This document shows, piece by piece, positions 25,945 to 33,790 of a stretch of 38,443 nucleotides of DNA. This DNA comes from a virus (Duplodnaviria > Caudoviricetes), in IMG/VR virus record IMGVR_UViG_3300022930_000017, positions 1-38,443 of that record; one strand, written 5' to 3'. Every line of letters begins with the position of its first letter. The first letter of the stretch is position 1. Position numbers and translations under genes: made by a program. The notes under the pieces were generated by a model. It did no database searches and was not told the DNA's origin. It was given only the letters and a program-made list of their open reading frames with translations.

Positions 25945-27339
25945 ATGGAAGAAGAACTGCAAGAAACGTCTAATACACCAGAATCTGCAGGACGCGGGAC
26001 TGATACGGTATTAGCCCACATGTCACTAGGTGAAATTGTAATCCCTCGTGCAGTGCAGGATGACCCAGAAGTCCAACAGATGTTACAAGCTATCTTTGAG
26101 AAAGCAGGTGCTAATATCAATGAATTTACTGTTGGTGACCAAGCAAACAAGATTAACCCTGAAACAGGTTATCCTGAGTTTGGTTTCGGCTCTTTCCTGA
26201 AGAAAGCGTTTAAAATTGCAGCTCCGTTAGCTTTGTCTTATTTCGGTGCGCCTGCTGTACTTGGTTCAACTACTTTGGGCGGTGCATTAGCTGGTGGTGG
26301 TATCGGTGCATTGACAGGTGGTGGATTAGGTGGTGCTTTACAAGGTGCAGCATTAGGTGGTTTAGCTCCTAACCTTAAAGATATTGGTTCTTATGCTAGC
26401 GGTGCATTAAAAGATTTCGGTAATGCTAGCGGTTTAAGTGATGCTTATAATACAGCTTCTGGTGCGTTAGGTAATGCATATAGAGGGATTTCAGACGCTA
26501 TTGGCGGTGCTTATAACGGCAGTGCTTTACAGGATGTTTACTCCAGCGGTAGTAATGCTTTAAAATCTATTACTGGTTTGGGTGAAAGTACAAGCAATAT
26601 TGGTTCTGCACCACAAATAACAGGCGGTGGTGGCTCATCTTATTCAGGCGGTTCAGGAAGTATAGCAACTGATTTCGGTAATCAATCACGAGATATTTTA
26701 AACAATGCCGGCACAGGTGGATTAACATCTAGTCTGGCAAGCAATCCATCAATATTAAATACAGGAGCAGACGTGGCAAAATCATCAAATAGTTTCTTAT
26801 CACCGGCAGTAAGTGCATTGCTAGGAACTTATTCAAACAACAAAGCAGAAGATGCTTTATTGTCTCAACAACGTAACAATCAGGCGTTGCTATCACCTTA
26901 TTTGAACTTCAAGTTTGACTCTACTGATTTGCAGAATGACCCGGGTTATCAGTTCAATCTATCACAAGGCAACCAAGCCCTTGATAGACAACAACTTGCA
27001 AAGGGTGGTTATTTCTCAGGTAATGCGTTGAAAGAAGCTCAAACATTCGGACAAGGTCTAGCCGATAATACATACAACACAGCGTTTAATCGTGCATTAC
27101 AAACTAATGGTGCTGGTTTACAGGGTGCATTAAGCATGGCTGGTATTAATGATAATATTGGTAATATTAAAGCTAATTCAGTTACTAACACTGGAAACCT
27201 TTATAGCGGTGCTTTAGGTTCTATATTACCGGGTAATTCATTCGATAACACAGGTGCTTTGCAGGGCGGTGCTGGGAATGATATTCTAACACAGCTTTTA
27301 AGACTCCAACAGAAGCAAGGAAGTATATATGGCAGTTGA
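25945..27339 (+). CDS. DNA ejection protein (gp7-like C-terminal part)
   Basis: GRGTDTVLAHMSLGEIVIP...INPETGYPEF, Gly/Ala-rich middle, DPGYQFNLSQG...GGYFSGNALK. Confidence 0.8.
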   Translation: MEEELQETSNTPESAGRGTDTVLAHMSLGEIVIPRAVQDDPEVQQMLQAIFEKAGANINEFTVGDQANKINPETGYPEFGFGSFLKKAFKIAAPLALSYFGAPAVLGSTTLGGALAGGGIGALTGGGLGGALQGAALGGLAPNLKDIGSYASGALKDFGNASGLSDAYNTASGALGNAYRGISDAIGGAYNGSALQDVYSSGSNALKSITGLGESTSNIGSAPQITGGGGSSYSGGSGSIATDFGNQSRDILNNAGTGGLTSSLASNPSILNTGADVAKSSNSFLSPAVSALLGTYSNNKAEDALLSQQRNNQALLSPYLNFKFDSTDLQNDPGYQFNLSQGNQALDRQQLAKGGYFSGNALKEAQTFGQGLADNTYNTAFNRALQTNGAGLQGALSMAGINDNIGNIKANSVTNTGNLYSGALGSILPGNSFDNTGALQGGAGNDILTQLLRLQQKQGSIYGS

Positions 27340-28201
27340 TTTAAGCGTATTTGGCAGACAAAAGACCGTTATTGACCAACAGCAATTGCAGGCAGCGTTT
27401 GAGGCTAAGAAACAAGCTCAACAGTTGCAAGCATTGGGTACTGTTGCGGCTCTACAGCAACAATTAAGTCCGCAGCTAAGTCCTAAAGACCTTATTGGTT
27501 ATCAAATGCAAATGCAGAATCATCAGGATGCTATGGATATTAAAAAGCAATCTATGGCAAGTACTGATGCTTATAGAAATGCTACGCTTGACGCAAAGAA
27601 AGATACTAAGCAGGAAAAAATAGACCAAAAGAAGCTTGTAGACCAAAATCTATTAAGTACTGCATTAAGCGCAAATCAAGAGCAGATTAACAAGATTAAC
27701 GAGCTGTTTGACCCTGAAGGCAATTTGAAAGAAGATGTCGCAGCTAACTACGGAACAACACTAGGTATGCAGTTGCCAGTTGTTTTTCAAAGCACTGCTG
27801 ATGCTCGTTCTAAGTTAAATAATGTAAACGCTAATAGTTTTATTAGAGCTTTGGGAGATATGAAAAGTCAGTCTGCTACAGGCGCTAGTGGCCTAGGTGG
27901 TTTATCAGAGAAAGAAGGTGATAAAGTTCAAGCTGCTTCTAATGCTGCTGCAGATACTCGTCAATCTCCAGAGTCTGCAAAGGCGAATTTTCTAGCATAC
28001 AAAAAGAGCTTAGAAGACAGTAATACAAGACTGCAGAATGGCTTTTATAATATCTATGGGGCGCAAACTGGTAATGTAGGATTGCCCTCAACTGGTACAT
28101 CTCCAGTAGCACCAACTGCTGCACCCGCAGCTCCTCTTACAGCAATAGGAGCAAACGGACAAAGACTTCAACTAATAAACGGAGCATGGCAACCTCTATG
28201 A
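27329..28201 (+). CDS. DNA ejection protein
   Basis: Gln-rich, GASGLGGLSEKEG motif, ends NGAWQPL; lies between ejection genes. Confidence 0.7.
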   Translation: MAVDLSVFGRQKTVIDQQQLQAAFEAKKQAQQLQALGTVAALQQQLSPQLSPKDLIGYQMQMQNHQDAMDIKKQSMASTDAYRNATLDAKKDTKQEKIDQKKLVDQNLLSTALSANQEQINKINELFDPEGNLKEDVAANYGTTLGMQLPVVFQSTADARSKLNNVNANSFIRALGDMKSQSATGASGLGGLSEKEGDKVQAASNAAADTRQSPESAKANFLAYKKSLEDSNTRLQNGFYNIYGAQTGNVGLPSTGTSPVAPTAAPAAPLTAIGANGQRLQLINGAWQPL

Positions 28202-30126
28202 TTCCAACGCCACAACTATTAGCTAGTTTAGAACAAAAGAACGGTTTGCCGCAAGGCCTGTTATCTGCTGTTATGCAGCAAGAAAGTGCTGGTAATCCTA
28301 ATGCTGTATCACCTATGGGCGCAAAAGGTGCGTTTCAATTTATGCCAGAAACGGCAGCGCAATACGGAATAGACCCATTTAATCCAGAGCAAGCAGCAAC
28401 CGCCGCAGCTCAAATGTTTGGTGAGTTATCTCAGAAATATCAAGGCGATATACCTTCAATGCTTGCCGGATATAATTGGGGACAGGGTAACGTAGACAGA
28501 AAAGGCTTGCAAAATGCGCCTGAAGAAACAAGGAATTATATAAAGAAGATTCAACCACAACTTGGCCAGCAATATGCAGATAGCGGCCAGATTATGAATG
28601 ATGCTAGCAATATTCCGCCATTACCTGAAGGATTTACTTTAGAGCAGCCTACAGCAACACCTTCTCAGGGTATTCCACCTTTGCCAGAAGGCTTTGTTCT
28701 AGAGTCTGAAGTACAACAACCTGCTTCGCAACCAGTAACACAAGAACCTTCTTTAATGGAGACGTTTGACCAATCTCCTTTTATGGGGCGTATGCAAGCT
28801 GATTTCGCTAAAAGAAAACAACAAGCTAATGCTATTGCTAATGCAGACCAGTCAGGTATAGAAAACCTAATCCAAACTGCAGGACTAGGCGTTAATCTCT
28901 TGGGTGACGCGGCAGGTAATGTTATAGGTTCTGGTGTAAGATATATAAATGAAGCTATTCCAGATAACTTGGTTAAACGCACGCTTGTTAATGGTGCAAC
29001 TAATCTAGCTACCGACAATCCAGTATTGCAAGCTTTCGGTGAAGGTGCTGGTGCTGTTAGCGAGTTCGCAAAAGAACATCCAAGATTAGCACGTAATCTA
29101 CAAGCAGTTGGCTCTCTAGGTAACGTGTTGCCTGCAGTGGGTGCAACTGAGAAAGCAGTTCAAGGTGGTTTATACGCTGCAGAAAAAGCAGGTTCAGGTG
29201 CAGCTAAAGTAGCTGCTGCTCCAGTTAAGGGCGTTGCATTAAGGGCTAAAGGATTTAATGCGCTAGCTGGTGATGACTTAAAAGCTCTTGTAAGAGAAGA
29301 GGGAAAGAAAACTACTGCAGCCTATAAGGCGGTTGATAAAACTGGTACTGTAGTTAGCAAAGACTCAACTAAATCGCTGCAAGATAAAATTAATTCTAAG
29401 TTGGCAGAAACAGACTTAGATGCAGAGTTCCAGCCTAAGACTATTGCAGCTTTGCGCGTGTTAAAAAACAACATTAAAGACAAGGCAACTGGTTCAGGTC
29501 AAATAAATTTGGGTAAATTAGACCAATTTAGACGTTTACTAGGACGTGCAGTATCACCGGAAGATAAGTTGGTTGCCGCACAGTTGCGTGATGTTTTAGA
29601 TAATCATCTAGATGACTTAGCAGATACAGATTTAGTTGGTGGTACAAAAGATTCTATTAATGCTTTAAATGAGGCAAGAGCTACTGCTTCTCGTGGTTTT
29701 GCAGTAGAGAAAATAGCTAAGATTATTAAAAAGGCTGATGGAGATGATAACGCTATTCGCAAAGGTTTTACCAAGTTTTTAGAGGACGATAAGAATTTAC
29801 GAGGATTTAGCGGCGCAGAAATAGAGGCGTTCAAACAAGCGTCTAAAAACACTGGCGCTCAGGCTGTTGAAAAGTTCATAGGTAGATTCGGTATTGATGG
29901 CAAAGGCGGTGTATTGCCGACTTTAGCTGCTAGCACTACTGCTGGTGTTGGGTCGTTAGCCGTTCCTGCCGCTATTCCTGCCGTTGTTGCAGGTACCGCT
30001 GCTAAATACACAAGAAAGCTTGCAGCTAGAGGAGATGCCCAGAAAGCGTTAGAAACTGTCTTAAATAGAAAAGTAACTAAAGAAGAATTACAGAAAGCAT
30101 TTGAAGCTAGAAAGGGGAATAAATAG
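28186..30126 (+). CDS. DNA ejection protein with lytic transglycosylase (SLT) domain
   Basis: QQESAGNPNAVSPMGAKGAFQFMP, AGYNWGQG, ETRNY. Confidence 0.9.
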   Translation: MATSMIPTPQLLASLEQKNGLPQGLLSAVMQQESAGNPNAVSPMGAKGAFQFMPETAAQYGIDPFNPEQAATAAAQMFGELSQKYQGDIPSMLAGYNWGQGNVDRKGLQNAPEETRNYIKKIQPQLGQQYADSGQIMNDASNIPPLPEGFTLEQPTATPSQGIPPLPEGFVLESEVQQPASQPVTQEPSLMETFDQSPFMGRMQADFAKRKQQANAIANADQSGIENLIQTAGLGVNLLGDAAGNVIGSGVRYINEAIPDNLVKRTLVNGATNLATDNPVLQAFGEGAGAVSEFAKEHPRLARNLQAVGSLGNVLPAVGATEKAVQGGLYAAEKAGSGAAKVAAAPVKGVALRAKGFNALAGDDLKALVREEGKKTTAAYKAVDKTGTVVSKDSTKSLQDKINSKLAETDLDAEFQPKTIAALRVLKNNIKDKATGSGQINLGKLDQFRRLLGRAVSPEDKLVAAQLRDVLDNHLDDLADTDLVGGTKDSINALNEARATASRGFAVEKIAKIIKKADGDDNAIRKGFTKFLEDDKNLRGFSGAEIEAFKQASKNTGAQAVEKFIGRFGIDGKGGVLPTLAASTTAGVGSLAVPAAIPAVVAGTAAKYTRKLAARGDAQKALETVLNRKVTKEELQKAFEARKGNK

Positions 30127-30190
30127 CTATGAGGCTAAATAGCACTAACAAAGAAATTGTAAATTTAAGCTCGCCATATCTATCCATCAT
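30107..30190 (-). CDS. Leaderless antisense 27-aa membrane peptide
   Basis: MMDRYGELKFTISLLVLFSLIAIYSPF*; ATG at the predicted +1 of its own promoter. Confidence 0.5.
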   Translation of the reverse strand: MMDRYGELKFTISLLVLFSLIAIYSPF

Positions 30191-30196
30191 AACCAT

Positions 30197-30255
30197 ATAT
30201 TAACACACTTTAACAATTAAATCAACTTGAAAAACACAAAATAATAATATAGGAT
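30197..30255. promoter_or_regulatory. Back-to-back promoters
   Basis: Leftward TTGATT-N17-TAATAT (30225-30197); rightward TTGAAA-N17-TAGGAT (30227-30255). Confidence 0.55.
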
Positions 30256-30262
30256 TTCCACC

Positions 30263-32389
30263 ATGTCAGTATTGCTTTTACCGCCAATCTTCCAGTTCTT
30301 TGATGACAATGGCGACCCATTAGCAGGCGGTAAGATTTACACTTATGCTGCTGGAACAACCACACCTCTTGCAACTTACACAAGTAATGTTGGTAATATA
30401 GCTGCTCCTAACCCTATTCAGTTAGATGCTGCAGGCCGTCCAGAGTCAGGTAGTGGTGCTATTTGGGGCGAAGGTGCTTATAAGTTTATCGTATTTGATG
30501 CTAATAACGTTCAAGTTGGTGACGTTCTAGATAACGTAGTTTCATTCAATTCACTTGTAGATGCTGCTAACGCTTATGCTGAAACATTCTCAGGTAATGG
30601 CGTACAAACAGTATTTACTACAAGTCAGACACTAGGCACAGAAGAAAAAGGCTTGATGATTTTCATCAATAACGGTTTACAGCAGATTGTAACTAACGGT
30701 GATTTCGCTACAGATACTGTATGGAGTAAGGGAGCGGGTTGGACTATTGGCTCGGGCGTTGCAACGGCCACAGGCGCTATTTCTACAGCTATATCACAAG
30801 TTCCAACTATTCCGCTGGTAATAGGACAAGCTTATTCAGTGGTTTATACTATTCCTACTTTATCTGCCGGTACGCTAACAGCTTCACTTGGCGGACAATC
30901 CGGCACTCCAAGAACTGCAACAGGTACTTATCGTGAAGTAATTATCGCTTCTAATACCACTCCTATTGCTTTCACAGGCGCTGGTTTCACAGGTACGCTA
31001 GATAATGTTTCTGTTACTGCAGCGGTATCTGCTGGTGGTGATTTAGTTCCTGTAACTGGATATACTATTAATGGAACAACATTAACATTTGCCTCACCCC
31101 CTCCAATTGGTGTGAATAATATTGATGTTCGTGCACCTTCTTTATTGTTAGGCGCAGCATCACAGGCAGCTTCATTGGCGCAAGTATACGCAGCTCAGGC
31201 TTTAACATCACAGAACGCAGCCGCAGCAAGTGCTGCAAGTGCTGTTGCTTACCAGACTAAGAATAAATGGACATATTCTACTAACCCTGCAATGGCAGAC
31301 CCTACAAGCGGTTTTGTTCGTTTCAACAACACAACTATTTCACTATCAACGGCTATGGCTATTTCTGACTTATCCAGTGACACGGGTTTGCCAGATTTAA
31401 GCGCATGGATTAATACATGGGATGATGGCGCAGGTTCAAACAGAGGTACTCTTTATATATTCAAAGATACTGCTAATTTTGCACTATTTACAGTGAATGC
31501 TGCAAGCGTTGATGGCGGTACATGGAATCAAGTTTCTATTGTATATCTAAGCGGAGCTGGTTCTTTTGTTAACGGCGACCCTTTATATTATGGTTTTGCA
31601 GCTTCTGGGCAAACATCTGTTGTAGGTGGTATTACTGCTTTAACAGGCGCAGTGACTGCTAGTGGTTCTGGTTCTGTAGTTGCTACAATTGCTACGGATG
31701 CTGTAACAACAGTTAAGATTTTAAATGATGCTGTTACTACTGCTAAGATTCTAAACGCTAACGTAACCAATGCTAAGCTTGATACAACAGGTGTTTCTGC
31801 GGGTTCTTATACATCTGCTAACATTACAGTGAATGCTCAAGGTAGAATTACAGCGGCAGCTAACGGTTCTGGTTCTGGTGGTGGTTTAACTGTAATTGGT
31901 ACATCTACACCAACAGGAGTTGCCACGGTTACTTTCAGCTCCATTCCACAGACATATAGAGGTTTATATCTTGTATGGGATAACTTGAGCAATGTTTCTG
32001 CTACACGTAATTTGATTGTTAGAGCAGATGAAGGTAGTGGGTTTACTGCGAATTCTCAGGCAAAGAAATTCAGTTCTACTACATTTACAACTTCATCAGG
32101 TACTGATTTACTTCAAACCTCAGCTACTCTTACTTCGGCTGCAGATTCTATATCTGGTTTTATAAAAATCCTTCCATATCAGTCAATGACTATGGCTGCA
32201 GCTCTTTTAGGTGCTGCAAGGGAATATACAGGCATGTATTATGACTCTGCCACAGGCGTGTTCGTACAGCTTAACGGCTTCCTAATTAACAACGGCGCAA
32301 GTGATGTTGGTGTAACCGGCCTTAGACTGGAATGGAACTTATCAGGTAACTTCGATGCAGGAACAGTAACTTTATATGGGATAAACTAA
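30263..32389 (+). CDS. Tail fibre/tailspike with N-terminal virion-anchoring domain
   Basis: QFFDDNGDPLAGGKIYTYAAGTTTPLATY...NPIQLDAAGR; DAVTTAKI repeats; AGSYTSANITVNAQGRITAA. Confidence 0.85.
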   Translation: MSVLLLPPIFQFFDDNGDPLAGGKIYTYAAGTTTPLATYTSNVGNIAAPNPIQLDAAGRPESGSGAIWGEGAYKFIVFDANNVQVGDVLDNVVSFNSLVDAANAYAETFSGNGVQTVFTTSQTLGTEEKGLMIFINNGLQQIVTNGDFATDTVWSKGAGWTIGSGVATATGAISTAISQVPTIPLVIGQAYSVVYTIPTLSAGTLTASLGGQSGTPRTATGTYREVIIASNTTPIAFTGAGFTGTLDNVSVTAAVSAGGDLVPVTGYTINGTTLTFASPPPIGVNNIDVRAPSLLLGAASQAASLAQVYAAQALTSQNAAAASAASAVAYQTKNKWTYSTNPAMADPTSGFVRFNNTTISLSTAMAISDLSSDTGLPDLSAWINTWDDGAGSNRGTLYIFKDTANFALFTVNAASVDGGTWNQVSIVYLSGAGSFVNGDPLYYGFAASGQTSVVGGITALTGAVTASGSGSVVATIATDAVTTVKILNDAVTTAKILNANVTNAKLDTTGVSAGSYTSANITVNAQGRITAAANGSGSGGGLTVIGTSTPTGVATVTFSSIPQTYRGLYLVWDNLSNVSATRNLIVRADEGSGFTANSQAKKFSSTTFTTSSGTDLLQTSATLTSAADSISGFIKILPYQSMTMAAALLGAAREYTGMYYDSATGVFVQLNGFLINNGASDVGVTGLRLEWNLSGNFDAGTVTLYGIN

Positions 32390-32511
32390 TGATTGAACAA
32401 ATTATAGATTGTAAAACAGGCGAGATAGTTAACGTAGATTCGGAAACTGGATTCGTAGTAGAAGTAATTCAAGAAGCAACAACCAACGGAGAAGAAGATG
32501 AAACTATATGA
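32389..32511 (+). CDS. Small acidic protein (40 aa), possible fibre accessory
   Basis: MIEQIIDCKTGEIVNV...; TAATG-coupled to the fibre gene. Confidence 0.5.
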   Translation: MIEQIIDCKTGEIVNVDSETGFVVEVIQEATTNGEEDETI

Positions 32512-32623
32512 TTTAGGTGTAACTGCAGTATTATTGACGTTCCTGATTGGCGCGCTATTCGGTACTGCTATTGAAGAAGAAAGAGACGTAATTGACGTTG
32601 TAAAAACAAAAGATAAGGAATAA
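32498..32623 (+). CDS. Small membrane protein (41 aa)
   Basis: MKLYDLGVTAVLLTFLIGALFGTAIEEE...; GGAG RBS. Confidence 0.5.
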   Translation: MKLYDLGVTAVLLTFLIGALFGTAIEEERDVIDVVKTKDKE

Positions 32624-32625
32624 CC

Positions 32626-32931
32626 ATGCAAACATATACTAAAGTAATTACAGCTAACGGAAACTATCCAATTGGCACAACTGCAGGAACAATATCGCTT
32701 GTTCAATCTGGAACGGGAACATGGGCGCTTAACTACAGCCCTGATAACGGTACTACGTTAATTCCTATGAGAGACCAAGGTGGCGCTGTTGTAACAGGTA
32801 CTGCAAGCGGTGGATTCAACTATCAGCTAGCTAACGGTACCAGCAATACTAATGCCTCTGGTGCTTTACAGGTTTATGTAACTGTAACTGGTGCAAGTGG
32901 TTTGACTCTAACGGTATATGTTCATGGTTAA
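32626..32931 (+). CDS. Small beta-rich virion protein
   Basis: Thr/Gly-rich, YSPDNGTT motif; AAGGA RBS. Confidence 0.7.
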   Translation: MQTYTKVITANGNYPIGTTAGTISLVQSGTGTWALNYSPDNGTTLIPMRDQGGAVVTGTASGGFNYQLANGTSNTNASGALQVYVTVTGASGLTLTVYVHG

Positions 32932-33784
32932 TTCAATTATATCCAATCCTGTTTGCAATCCAGTTTGGAATCCAGTTTCTAATGCTGCTGGAAGCGGTGA
33001 CTTAGACGTAAATAGCTATGCTTCCCGTGTTGCGGCTAATGGTGGAACTATATCTCCTTCCGCACTTGCAGAGGTTAGTAAGTTTATTCTAGGCACTAAA
33101 GCAGACGGTACATGGTCTAAACTATATGATGTTGGATTATTTGTAGGCGTTGGAAATAGACAAGCAGCTAATGTTAAAATCAAAGCTTTCCCGGGTAGTC
33201 CAAGTACGTTTGTAAGCAATGGGTTTGTTGATGCTGATTTCACCTCAACTGGTGCAAGTGCTGGTTTGAAAGGTGATACAACAGGAACTAAATATCTAGA
33301 ATGTGGATGGTTTATTCCTAATCTAGTTATAGGCGATAATCATCTGGGTATTTATAACACGGTTGTTAATGATGGCAATAGAGCGCCATGCGGAGCTGTT
33401 ATAGCGGGCTCAAGCGCATACTTCTTTATGCGTTCATCTCAAGCTGATGTTGGGCCGGATGGTTCAGATATTTCTCTTGGTAGAACTGCTGGTGGTAATA
33501 ATGGCTTCAGAACAGGTTACACGTTTGGTTCTAATCAAGGTGGCAGTCTATATGGTAATATTAATAACTCACAAATATTTACCTCAGCTACTAGTGGCAT
33601 TATGCCTGCTGACGTGATGATTCTATTTAACGTGAAAGTCAGTGGTGTTATTGCTGCTGCTCAAGCGTATAACGGAACTTTATCTTTTTATCATTCTGGA
33701 TTAGGATTAACTCCTGCCGAATCTATATCGCTTGGTGTAAGGGTTAACACATTAATGACAGCTTTCGGTGCTAACAAATATTAG
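32918..33784 (+). CDS. Tail-associated protein
   Basis: YASRVAANGGT...FILGTKADGTWSKL; GLKGDTTGTKYL; lies in the tail cluster. Confidence 0.7.
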   Translation: MFMVNSIISNPVCNPVWNPVSNAAGSGDLDVNSYASRVAANGGTISPSALAEVSKFILGTKADGTWSKLYDVGLFVGVGNRQAANVKIKAFPGSPSTFVSNGFVDADFTSTGASAGLKGDTTGTKYLECGWFIPNLVIGDNHLGIYNTVVNDGNRAPCGAVIAGSSAYFFMRSSQADVGPDGSDISLGRTAGGNNGFRTGYTFGSNQGGSLYGNINNSQIFTSATSGIMPADVMILFNVKVSGVIAAAQAYNGTLSFYHSGLGLTPAESISLGVRVNTLMTAFGANKY

Positions 33785-33790
33785 GTAATA

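Noticed and set aside
16218-29852. Minus-strand ORFs in the virion region
   Set aside because: Antisense shadows of recognisable structural genes, with no evident promoters or RBSs.
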